NCBI GenBank assembly: GCA_003990765.1 | Contig: RBNJ01000334.1 | Span: 1 to 32,773, forward strand | Length of the DNA stretch: 32,773 bases | Source: Jimgerdemannia flammicorona | Taxonomy: Eukaryota | Direction: 5' to 3' | Shown: one piece after another, positions 1 through 11,095 of the stretch | How the letters are laid out: each line of letters starts with the position of its first letter | How positions within the stretch are numbered: the first letter of the stretch is position 1 | Program-made: the position numbers and the translations under genes | Notes under the pieces: model-generated | What the model saw: only the letters and a program-made list of their open reading frames with translations | Told to the model about the DNA's origin: nothing | Databases searched by the model: none

Positions 1-39
1 TTTTATAGTCTCTTAGACTGCCCTTTATTACCAAAGTCT

Positions 40-3000
40 ATAGTTCTAACAATACAATGTCACTCCCACCCTCAACCAATGCCCTGTGGGCCCAATCCTC
101 CCCCCTCGGCCTCCCTCTGTCCAAGCACCATCCAATTACCCACTACCTGAATCCTCCCACCACTCTTCTGGGAGATACACTGTACCAAACCCCTGTGGTT
201 CCTCCCACCCAGCCCCCAACCTTACCACCAGCTATTCAAAATGTCCAAAAGTAACCATTCCCAATGTGCCACCTTGTCCCCAACCCCAACCCAATACCCT
301 TCCTCAAAGACATGAACCCAATGCCCAGCCAACCCAACCCACATGGCCAAAGCTCAACCAAGGGTCAGCCATTCATCCCCAACTCTACCCACCAGTCGCT
401 GGCAGAGCTCTCCCCATCTCCCCCCTCCCTCTCCCTCCAAGACACTCAGCCCTACCTGGTTCATAATACATCTCCAAAACTTCTCCAAAACCTCACACTC
501 ACTAAGCCAATGTTCAGGCATTTGTACCACTCCTCCCTCCTGACCAACATTGAAACAATCCTCACACTCGAATACTCCACCAGCCACCAAGTGCCCAGAC
601 CAATAGTTCAACATCATATTCTGCCATAGAACATGCCACCATACCACCCAGAACTTGGGGGGCAGCCACTGCCTCACCCTCTTGCTCCAAAGCCAGAGAC
701 CATTCTAATCCCACTCCTCACCAATTCCAACCCTCTGCCAGGCTTCAGGCCACAGGTCTCCACCTAGGTCTTGCAGACACTCCAGACCCTCGCCAAGCTG
801 AAAGTTCTCCACTGGAACACCACCTAATAGAAGCCTGTCCCACTACTACATCCACAGTCTCCAATCCTCCTTGGCTTCATCACCTTGCCACCAAAGTCTA
901 ATTTTCTTAGTGCTATTCATCACTCCCCACCAGAAGCCCATAAACCACATCCTCCTACTCCCCTCCATGGCCACCATCGCGAGCAGGTCACCTGAGTCAC
1001 CATGTGGGGAGTACCGAATCTCCCACAACCTCTGCATAAGTGGCACCCACTCCTGACCTTGAAGCTCGCTCACCCTTTACAACCACCAAGCTCTCAGATA
1101 TAGAAGCTGCTTAGTAAAGTCCACTAAGCCCAGCCCACCTTTTTCCAAGAGCAGTGTGAGCACCTCCCAACCAACCTGACTTCGCCACCCTCCCCAGATC
1201 CATGACCTTGCCATCTTCAACAACCCCTTGATCACCCAGGTTGGGAAATCCAAATGATATCCCACATACTATAGCTTCGGCATCCAATACACATTCAGCA
1301 CTATCACCCTTCTGGCTAGAGACATATGCCAGCCTCTCCATCACAGCAGAACATTTCCCCACTCCAGAAGTTTACAGTCCCACTATGCCCAGGGAAGAAG
1401 AGATCTGAACACCAAGAAGTAGATCTCCAAATAATGCACTGGTTCATCAGCCAGTACCACTGTCCCAATAATATCGCCACCAACAATTCCAGTGCCCAGC
1501 ACCAGAGTCTTGCATTTGTGCTAGTTTAGTTTAGCACCAGAACCCCTCTCATACCATTCCACAGACCTCTGTAACTCCCCCACATCTACCAAGAAGCCCA
1601 GCTCGACCACCATATCATCAGCAAAGGCCCCCACCTTCCAATTAATTCCTAAAATGTCCAAACCCCCAATCTGATACCGAATTCTGTCCAGTAGAGACTC
1701 CAGGGAAAGGGCATACAATATGGGTGACAAAGGATCTCCTTGCAGTACCCCACATCCCAGGGGAAAGGTCACCCCTCTGTGGCCATTAATGACCAATGCT
1801 GCCTGACTGTCCTCCAAGAGGCTGATCAATGATCCTCAGAACCCTGGGGGGATTCCAATCCATTTCAGCACTCCCTCCAGCCATATCCTCTATCATAAGC
1901 CTTCTTCTGGTCCAGAAACACCAATCTGCCATCTACCCCTGTTGCCTGGGCACCTTCAATCACTCCATGAATCCAAGCTGTCCCATTTCAAATCAGCTGA
2001 CCACTGACAAACCCACACTGCTCCACACCAAGCACCTGCTGAGCAATTCCTTATAGCCTCATCACTAAGATCTTTGTCACCAGTTTGTGGTCCATGTTGA
2101 GAAGCATAATTGGCTGCCGGTTCTTCCAGTCCTCTCACCTCTCCTTATTCTTGTAGAGCAAGGAGACTAGCTCTAAGCACTGTCCCCCAATCCAGGCACC
2201 AGACCAAAGAACTCCATCACACATAGCAGTCATTTCCCCTAGCACCTTGCCCACCCCAGTCATCTTCTGCCAAAAATCCCAGGGAAGTCCATCCTCTTCC
2301 AGGGCTGTCCCCTTACTCATCAAGGCCACAACTCTGCAAATTTCCTCGCTACTCACCAGGTCCCCCAATGCCCCAAGTCCCATTGCAGGGTCTGGGTGCC
2401 AATCCCCCAGCTGCCTTTCAATGTCCAGAGCATCCATTCCTTCTTCCTCCTCACTCTATAGATTCTCCCACTGAGTTCTCAATAGGCCCAGAATCGCCAG
2501 AGTCCCCACCACCAGCTTGCCATTTACATCCAGAACTCCCTCCCACCACTGCTTCGTTCGTCATGCTTGTAGCAACCATGACAAAAACCTAGTAGGCCTC
2601 TCCCCCTCCTCAAGCCCCTGCCACCGCAGTCGGGCCACCATTCTCTGCAACTCCACCTCCTCCTCCCTTCGTAATACTCCTTTAAGCTCCTCTACCTCCT
2701 GCCGGATTCTCACAATATGACAATCAGTCATGTCCCCATCCTCCAGCACACCTGCCCATCTCTCCATGAGTGCTGCCAGATGCTGTGAGGCCCACAGCAC
2801 TCTCCGCCTTTACTGGGTACACTTTCCTTTCCCTACTTCCCTCCAATACCCCTGAGTATTCACCTTCAGTCTTCTCCAGCGGTCCCTAATCCCCAGGCCT
2901 TGTTCCTGCCACCTATCAATATTTCCAACCACCTCTGTTTCCCAACCCTCCCACAACACCCTATCCTCCAATAAGGAAGAATTTAGCCACCAATGTCTAG

Positions 3001-3727
3001 GCCCATCCTCATTTCCCCCAAACCTCCCCCCTCCAAGCAGCCCCCAGTGATCAGACTATGGACACCATACTACTTCTAGCACTGACCAGACATCCACACC
3101 CCAACACTCCGCTGTCAGAACCCAGTCAATCCTGGAGCCCAGCCCTGCTGCCCAGTGGGTGTACACCCGCTTATTGGCCCAAAAATGTCTTCCCGAGTCC
3201 ACCAAAGAACACAACCTCTCTATCTCCAACCAATCACCCAACCTACCACTTTCGTCCCACACACCTCTCCCTCCATCTGTTCTATCCATCTCCTTATCCC
3301 ATATCATGTTGAAGTCACCCCCCATACAGTCCAGCCCAACTTCTCCCAATACATCAGCCTCTTTCAATCTGCGAATCCAATCCACCCTCTCCTCTCTCTC
3401 AGCTGGGCAGTAACAAGACCCAACTGTTAATGAGCCCCATCTAGGCCTCTTCTACATTTCCCACACCACCCAAGACCCCCAATGTCCAATTTCCTCAATG
3501 TCCCCTATCTCTTTCTGAACAAGAATACACACTTTCCCCCTCCATACCACTGTACCCCCCCACTCCTTAGTCCAATCCTGTAAGTCCATATCTGCCTCAT
3601 AATGAACATCCTATAACAAGAAGAGATCTGCATCCAGTCTCTTAAGCCATCCAAATATATACTTCCTTCTAGCCACCCCACATAATCCATTAACATTCTA
3701 TGAGAATATTCTAGTTGTACTGTTCAT
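40..3727 (-). pseudogene. LINE ORF2 (APE endonuclease-reverse transcriptase), disrupted by stops and frameshifts
   Basis: Starts at ATG 3727: MNSTTRIFS*NVNGL...WLKRLDADLFLL*DV. EN, RT and zinc-finger motifs lie in track ORFs 3056-3385, 2135-2437, 1521-1829 and 354-677. The 3' end is approximate. Confidence 0.88.
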
Positions 3728-3758
3728 ATTGAAAAAATGTTGCAATAGCAACCCCAGC

Positions 3759-4975
3759 CTAGAATTCCATACTTATCTCATCTCTAGTCAGATCCAAGTG
3801 CCATTCAGCTTCTAAGTCACTCTCCACATTAGCCTGAGCATCCAGTGCCTCCAAGATTTCCTGACATTCCACCCCATCCACTACCTCCATATCTGACCAG
3901 TAGTCCAAGCAGACTGCATACCACTTCTCTAGTCCTTTCCTCAAGTTCCACAAGAAAAGTGCCCTGTCACTTACAATCTTCTGAAGTTCCTCCTCCCTCT
4001 GATCATCAACTTGATATTCAACCGACTCTAGGAGGACAGTCAGGATCTCATTTCTCATCTTCCTTGGCACCTTCTCCCCCCGTAGGATCTCCTCCCAATG
4101 CCTCTCTTCCATCACCCTGAAATCCTCACCCCCCAGCTCTTCAGCTGCTATCCCTTCCAGGGTCTTCCACATCTACTTCTTCTCATCCACTGTCTCCACC
4201 ACACCCTGAGCGATTTGTCTCCCATCCACCTCAGGGTCCACCAGCATGCTCCTTCTCACTGACTCATCCCACTCCTCATCTGGCATATCCAGCAGCTCCT
4301 CCTCCCCCTCAACTCCACCCAGGACACTATACTGAGGGTGCACACCCTCACCCATTTCGGCATCTGCCTCCAAACCGCCTTCCCTCTCCTCCCCCACTCC
4401 AATCCAAGCCCCACCCTGGGCCATTTCTTCCCTCTCAGTCCAGGCACTCTCCTGCAATCCCACAACTCCCTCTTCTGAGCTTCCACTGGCCCTACCCCCA
4501 CCCAACCTCACCAGCAGCTCCTTCTAGATTTTCCTCCCCTGCATCTTCTCCCAGGCCCTCTTCTCCATCCAGACCCTCTTCCCATCCACCTCCCCCACCA
4601 CCATCCTGGCCTCAAACTCCTTCCAGGCCAATCTCCTCCTTGCAACTGTCCCTTCTAGATCCTCCAGAGCCTCCAACAGGTCCTCCTCCTCCTCCTGGGT
4701 CCCCTTCACCCTTGTGATCTTACACTCCACTGGTCCCCACCGCAGCATTGCTGGCCAGTTCCTTGACTTCCCTGTATTCTCCTTCTCAGCCAGCCTCACC
4801 CTGACATCGATGTCACCAGTCCTAAGCTCCATGCCCTCCCAGACCTTGAACCCAACATCCATGATCTCTCTATACTCCTTGATCACCTCCACAACCAACT
4901 CCCTGGTCCTCTCCTTTGACATGGTAGGAAGATCCAACACTATCAACTGCACCACTCTGGGATCCCAGCACATGC
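3759..4975 (-). pseudogene. LINE ORF1, C-terminal part (RRM-like segment plus acidic helical region)
   Basis: Track ORFs 4524-4988, 4173-4511 and 3759-4172 are in one frame separated by stops. They align with ORF1 of copy B (WDPRVVQLIV...RTGDIDVRVRL vs WDSRVVQLLV...RTGDVDVRIRL). Confidence 0.82.
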
Positions 4976-6850
4976 CAGCTAGTATCAACAGATTTATTAT
5001 CAGACCAATTAGATCAACTTGACAATATAGGTAGTCTTGATAGAAACTTTAATAAGCTTATATTAGAACTTGAAGATCTCATTATATAAGTCTGATTCCT
5101 GTAGAAGTTTTATTAATTTTACCCATTGAATCTCTACCACCAGCTGTTATAAAATCAGAAGAACTAAGAGTAGCTCTCTCAAGGATATCCAGACCTATTA
5201 TACCTTACTCAAGATCTATAATACTATCTTCAAGATACTCAAGTATTTCAAACTCTAGTAATAACTCAAGAAGTAAACCAGAATCAGAACCAGAAGACAG
5301 TAATGATTAAATAGCCACCCCAATATCAACCTTTACAGAATACCCAGAAGAAGACTCAAGAGAATTCCTTGATAAAATTGAAGGAATCACTGCTCTGAAG
5401 AATCTCTTTGCTGAAAGAAAAATTACTATTTATAAGGCCCAACTCAAATAACTAGTCAGAGGAATTTTCAGCTAAGTAAGAAATAATATATATTTAGATC
5501 TTAGAGTAGCCATCTATATAGTACCAATTAGGTAAGTAGAGTATAAAGCTATGACTTACTAGCTTATTGAGAAGTATGCAGGAAATGAGACTCACTCTAA
5601 GGCCCAAAAATCTATCATGGAAATGAAGATGAATCTTAGAGAATCACTCAGGGCATTCTTTAAAGAGAATATATATAACTAGGTTCAATACTACTAACTA
5701 AGATATTATAGACCCAATGACCTTCATGAATGAGATTCTTCTGAACATTACTTAGTATATCTACACTCTAGGTATTAGAAGGCCTAAAGAGTAAGTAGAT
5801 ATAGCCTAAGAATTTTTTGATATCAAATAAAGAACTATCTGGAGTGATCATGATAAAAAAGATAATAAGAAGGACCTCTTGGTCAAAGCTCTATAAGGAC
5901 TCCTCTAAGGACAAGAAGGATCTAAAAAAAGAAAATCAGTCAAAGAAAAGAAGAAAGATAGAAATAAAATCTAAGATCTTAGTTTTAAGTTAGACTGATT
6001 GGTTAGACAGATTGAAAAACTCACTATATACAAAAATTAGAGCTACTTATAAGACAATAGAGGATATATACTACAAAAGAACCAAGGTTATTTACTCAGA
6101 GATAATAGGAGCTATCAGTATAAAGAAAGAAAATATTCTATCTGAGATAGAGCTTAAGTTTAATACTTTTACTGTAGATAGTCCAGATACTATACTACTA
6201 AATATGATAATAGAAGAAGTAACTGGAGAGACTTAGAACTACCAAATTGAAAGAATGAAATCCAGAACAAGAAGACTGAAATTCGCCCTATTGAAGACTT
6301 TGAAGAAAAAAGTAATAGCAAAGACTATAGTGATCTAGACTTATATCCAGTCAAGGTTATCATTAAAAAGATAGTCTACCTAGTAGAGAAAAAGAAGAGA
6401 TCTATAGAAAGACCATTTAGGAATACCAGTAGAAAAATCATCTAAAAAGAAGATAAAGAATATAAAGAAGAGTAAGTAAAAATACCTCTCTGGTCTTCTT
6501 CACCTTTTGTTTCTGAAACAAATGAACCACTTTCAGAAGATAAAGAAATAGAGCAAAAAGAACAAGAGTCTGCTTCTCCAAAGTTTAAGAAAAAGTATAC
6601 TCTGAAGACTATATCCAAAGATATCTATAATGAAGCCTGGTAAAAGATTCAAAAAACTCAGATAGAAGTCTCTCTCCTATAGTTCCTATAATTGATATCT
6701 GCTGAAGTCTGAAATAAATTATTAAGAACTACTAGATCTAGCACTGGCTAAGCTCCAATTCTACAATAAGAATCAGTCCTAATCACTATTCAGGCTATAG
6801 AGAGATATGTTAGCATCTACCTATATAGAGATATTGGAGAACAAAAGGTA

Positions 6851-7093
6851 AAAATTCTCATCAATATAGGAGTAGCTATCTGTATTATTGCTAAATGATT
6901 CCTGGACACACTCCAATGATCTATTGATAGACTATCCAATCTCAGCATCACAGTAACAGATAGAGCCCAAACTCAACCTCTTGAAAAAGTACAAAACATC
7001 ATCATCTTCCTTGGATACATTCAGTTTTCTATTCTAAAAGCTATTATTACTAAAGCTATTACTTATAATATAATTCTTAATATTAACTGAATG
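6851..7093 (+). pseudogene. Retropepsin (aspartic protease) relic
   Basis: Manual translation gives KILINIGVAICIIAK*FLDTL...YNIILNIN*M. This converts to the L-I-D-T-G-A...D-I-I-L-G-x-D-W signature by transitions alone (AAT<GAT, ATA<ACA, GTA<GCA, TGA<TGG). Confidence 0.75.
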
Positions 7094-7191
7094 AAAGAAA
7101 TAAATACAGTTATCAATATTAATCAATAAGTACTCAAATTTGATTATTGAGAAAAGAAGTATAGAGTTAAGGTAACTAGCTATTAGTAGTC

Positions 7192-7292
7192 AAAAAAAAA
7201 AAAAAAAAAAAAAATAAAAAAAAAAAAAAAAAAAAAACACAAAATTAAATATTAAAAAAAAAAAAAAAAAATAAAAGTAAAAAGATATTAGT

Positions 7293-7320
<28 letters not shown>
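7192..7320 (+). repeat. Interrupted poly(A) tract inside the Gypsy relic
   Basis: About 130 nt of almost pure A with short interruptions, directly after the protease and before GAA GAA GAA GAA TCT GAT GAT. Confidence 0.9.
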
Positions 7321-7323
<3 letters not shown>

Positions 7324-8554
7324 CTATCTAAAAAGAATATACTAGTAGTGAGAAATCTACTATAAAAGAAGAAGAAGAATCTGATGATAGAAATGATATC
7401 AGACTTAATTTCCAAATCAATCTAATAGATGATAGACCAGAAGATAATTTATAGACAAAGAATACCATCTCTATCACAATCAGAGCTATTGTAGAATAAA
7501 TCAAAAGATATCTCATCTATTTCAAAAGATACAAGACTCTGAGCACTTCTCCAAGATCATTAAAATAAGAAATTTATCTAGTATAGCCTATCTGGAGTAT
7601 AGAAAAAGAAAGAAGAAATACAATTACACTTCAAGAATATTCACAATTAAAGCTATAGAAGTATAAGTAATTTGGGATTAAAAAATATTCAAGGAAAAAG
7701 AAACTCCTAAATAAGAGATTTCTAAACAAGAGAAGCTTCCTGATAGGATGATTCTTACTAGATATCATTAGAAGATAATGACTCTTAGAATATTGAAAAA
7801 GGACCAAGCATAGTTACTGTTATTTTAAGGCAAGAAATATACTAAGAAAAAAACCTTTTAGCTAGGAAGATATCAGTATCAAATAATCTTTCACTCTCTC
7901 TAAGACTACTACTATCAGTACCATCTGCTGAATTAATAAGAAAGATAGAGACTTTATAGGTCAGAAGTACTGATCATGATCACTCAGACAACTATCTTCT
8001 AAGAAACCACTATAATGTTAAAAGATCAAGCTAGAGGATAAGGTCTCTTCACTCAAACAGAAGTATACCTCTTGGTTATCTTTCTCCTAACCTATAACTA
8101 AGATAGATATTATTTCTCTAAACAATAAGAGATTAATAACTAAGAATAGCATTTTCAAGCAATGAGATATTATAACTATAAAAGACACCCAGATTGCTGA
8201 GACTGCTAGTATCAGAAGATTTATTTCAGCTAAGATATTATTATTCATATCCTGAAGAGAGAAGATGATAGAACTCAGATCCAAAAAAAACCAGACCAAG
8301 AAACCAAAGAAGGAAACTCTTAAGATTTATGATCTAGAAGAAGATATTTTAGCTCTCATTAGATATATCCACTAAGGATAGATAAAAGATATCACCAACT
8401 TTATAAAAATTCTAAATCCTATAGAAAAAGAGGAATTAATTATCTTTGAGATCCCTCTACTAGAGCTAGATAACTGCATCTCAATCTCAGAGTCTAGAGG
8501 CTTACATCCAATAGAGCCTCAGCTCAAGGATAATCTGAACTCAGTAAAGATATT

Positions 8555-8961
8555 GCCCAGTATATTCTGCTACATCCTAAGGCCAAACACCTGACCAAAG
8601 CTTACTAGAAAGACATAGGGTATGATCTCTGCAGTCTAGAGAATGAACCCATCAAGTCTGGAAGAACAGTAGTATTTATAATAAAACTAGCCATATAGCT
8701 GCCTAAAGAAAATTATATCCAGTTGACCTCAAGATCTGGACTTGTCAGACAGAGAGTAACTGTAGAAGAAGAAACTATAGACCCAGGATATACAGGCAAA
8801 ATCAAGATCATCTTACATAACAATGATACAGAATGATACTGAATCTTTAGAGAATAAAAGATTATACAAGAGTCTTCATAGAAGTCAAGACTTCTCAATT
8901 ATAAGAAGTTCCTGAGCTAACTGAGAAAATAAGACAAACTGAGAGATTTGGAAGCTCAGAC
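8555..8961 (+). pseudogene. Trimeric dUTPase relic
   Basis: Manual translation gives AQYILLHPKAKHLTKAY*KDIGYDLCS...SRSGL...IDPGYTGKIKIILHN...KIIQ, then after a frameshift EVPELTEKIRQTERFGSSD. All five dUTPase motifs (GYDL, RSGL, IDxxYxG, RIAQ-like, RxxxxFGSS) appear in order. Confidence 0.9.
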
Positions 8962-9420
8962 AAAAAGGAAGTATACCTCCTTTAAGTCAACCACTTCAAG
9001 ATGAAGAACTGAATATATTATAGAGTCATTATACACAATAGGCAAGTTTTCCCATCAATAGACGGGTTGGACACCACAGTCCAAATTAAAGGGTCAGTCA
9101 TAAGCCTTAGGACACAACATTCACGGAAATGGGATTAGCCCTAAGGGCTTCAAATGAAGTTATTTCACGGTCGGTCATTTTGAGCGACGGCGAAAACTTG
9201 TTTAATACATGTCCATTCACAACATTCTCTTTGAAGGCGACGGCCAGAAAAAGGGATACTTTATGCATATATTTATCATTCCAACCCCAATATCATTCCA
9301 ACACTAATATTAATCATTCCACCCAGCGGAAGGTGATTCTTTCTATAAAGGAGGGCTACGAATGTTCCCGTAATCCGAAAAAAATGAGCTACAAAAAACC
9401 CTTTCAAAAACAAAAGCAGA

Positions 9421-9539
9421 GAATGAGCGGCAAGACGAGGTATTAGAAAAGCAGTGTTAGAACGAGCAGCGAGGTAGCGTTGGTGCGGCAAGACGAGGCG
9501 AGGCGTCGGAATGAGCGGCAAAACGAGGTATTGGAAAAG
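9421..9539. repeat. 31-bp imperfect direct repeat
   Basis: gaatgagcggcaagacgaggtattagaaaag at 9421 and gaatgagcggcaaaacgaggtattggaaaag at 9509, with 2 mismatches. A partial third copy (gcggcaagacgagg) lies between them. Confidence 0.75.
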
Positions 9540-9823
9540 ATCAGATGAGCAACGAGGCTCCCCCTCCCCCCTCTCCAAAAATGAAATTCACTTTTTTCTG
9601 GAATGTCAGAGCAAGAGGGCTGTTGCGTTGGAATGAGTGGGGCGGCTGATACCCTTTATTGATCAACTCTCATAGATTTCATTGGTACATTTTGTTGTGG
9701 AATAACACTAGAATTACTGGAGTAATCGGGAAGAACGACGAGGATGTTTATTGATACTCAAGTTACCGTTTTTCCGCGTTGCAAATTGATGACAAAGATT
9801 GATGGCGTCTCCATTGATGACGT

Positions 9824-10143
9824 TTACATAAATACAAATTGCGCGTTACTCAAGTCAATACATTTTTCACAGAGTACTTTGTACCCTGTCCAGCAACATG
9901 CGCCATCGCCACATGAGCTACGTGTAATTTCGGTATATCCCTCTGGACAACTCCCGGCGCAAAAGGGTGCGGTACCAGACCAGTACCTTGAACATTCTGT
10001 GTAAAAGATGTAAAGTGATTTACAAACATGGAGTTAAATGTTCAACAGAAGTAGTTATTGCTTAACTTACCACCATTGACGTTTGGAACTGACAGGATGA
10101 GGAATAATAGAGACAGCGCAAAAATAAAGTTTGCAGTTCTCAT
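9824..10143 (-). CDS. Small secreted cysteine-rich protein, 81 aa, 2 exons (10143-10071, 9996-9824)
   Basis: Exon 1 encodes a signal-peptide-like MRTANFIFALSLLFLILSVPNVNG. A 74-nt phase-1 intron follows (GTAAGT...TTTTACACAG). Splicing gives the open mature peptide ECSRYWSGTAPFCAGSCPEGYTEITRSSCGDGACCWTGYKVLCEKCIDLSNAQFVFM* with 8 Cys. A TATATATA lies about 45 bp upstream and CpGs are retained. Confidence 0.9.
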
Positions 10144-10601
10144 ATCTATGCTAGTGAAACTTCTCTTAATCTCGGTAAGCCATGGTATATATATGTGCAG
10201 CAATCCACAAGCCGTCTTCAAAGTTGAAAATTTCCCACTCACATTTGGTCAATTACTAAAAACAAGAAGCCTCTGACCAACTGCTTCCTGTGTTGACCAA
10301 TCGGAGCATGGGTCGATAGTCGGAGGGGTGTTAGACTAAATATTTGTAATGTGGTACCCGAGTTGAGATGGAGTTTTATTATTGGATAGAGTGACAATAG
10401 ATGATGTTATTAATTGATTTTTCATGTATATACTACATATATATAAGCATGTGCAGTCAACAGACCAAATATTTATGCACAAATTTTGACCGTTGATCCA
10501 GTACGAAGACCTTTTCGAACGCCACTAAAACTTTGTAAAAGCTGGAGGCAGAAACCTCTTTTGAACCTGGCCCTGGCCGGCCAAAAGTGGCTGAGCCTAA
10601 A

Positions 10602-11086
10602 ATGAATTTTGTCTAATTTAGAAATCAAGACAATTACAGTCGCAAGTAGTGTACCGGCGTACCGACCTTGATCTTGAGGTTCCTGGCCTTGTGACTCAAT
10701 TACACCCACGTAAAGAGGGTGAAAGAAAAAAATTGTCGATCGTTCGGTCGAGTGTATCAATAAGGAGGGACTACGAGGCCGGGAGCGATTTTGAAATAAC
10801 ACGATGACAGCCGTAATGTGATGTCCTGGCCTTGATCAGGGTTGTTCTCGGCCTTGGGACCAAGGCCGGTGCGATTGGGGATAACACGATGACAGTGGTG
10901 ATATTAGGCAATAAGGAGGGACCCCAAGGCCGTGGGCGATTTGAGATAACGTAATAACAGCCATATCTAGATGTCCCGGCGTTGAATAAGATGTTCCCGG
11001 CCTTATGACCAAAATCGCCCCCACGTAAAGAAGTCAAAGTTTTTGGGTTCTGGGAAAAATTAGTGCCTCCTTTAGACAAAATTCAT
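10602..11086. repeat. Segment bounded by a 15-bp perfect inverted repeat with internal ~150-bp imperfect direct repeats (possible MITE)
   Basis: ATGAATTTTGTCTAA at 10602-10616 and TTAGACAAAATTCAT at 11072-11086. A unit caataaggaggga...gcgattt..ataac...atgtcc.ggc.ttga starts at 10758 and again at 10909. cccacgtaaaga occurs at 10705 and 11020. No TSD was found. Confidence 0.5.
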
Positions 11087-11095
11087 CAAAAGTAA

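Larger units (their letters stand above)
1..4975 (-). mobile_element. L1/Tx1-clade non-LTR retrotransposon, copy A (5'-truncated, decayed)
   Basis: Minus-strand fragments run ORF1, APE endonuclease (GGDFNM, SRIDW), RT (GVLQGDPLSPILY, GAFADD) and a C-terminal CxxC..H..C finger (CEDC...EHWLSEC). The 3' end reads AATAAA + AGTCT-aag-AGACT hairpin + A-tail at positions 1-29. It is colinear with the copy at 25862-31736. The 5' boundary is approximate. Confidence 0.93.
4980..9050 (+). mobile_element. Hypermutated Ty3/Gypsy-like LTR retrotransposon relic (gag - protease - unknown - dUTPase); RT, integrase and LTRs not seen
   Basis: AT-rich and essentially CpG-free. A gag-like segment at 5311 reads ATPISTFTEYPEEDSREFLDKIE (cf. 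PxFxGxxxEDPxxFL). A retropepsin relic starts at 6851 and a dUTPase relic at 8555. Boundaries are set from composition and are approximate. Confidence 0.75.

Noticed and set aside
57..5022. Numerous Pro/Ser/His-rich plus-strand ORFs (likewise minus-strand ORFs at 25897-31137)
   Set aside because: They are antisense shadows of the G-rich LINE coding strand.
6030..6090. Gag CCHC zinc knuckle in the Gypsy relic
   Set aside because: The position is plausible but too many substitutions must be assumed to recover the motif.
10042..10242. 66-aa single-exon ORF from the track
   Set aside because: It is better explained as exon 1 of the spliced secreted-peptide gene (ATG 10143) read through into the intron.
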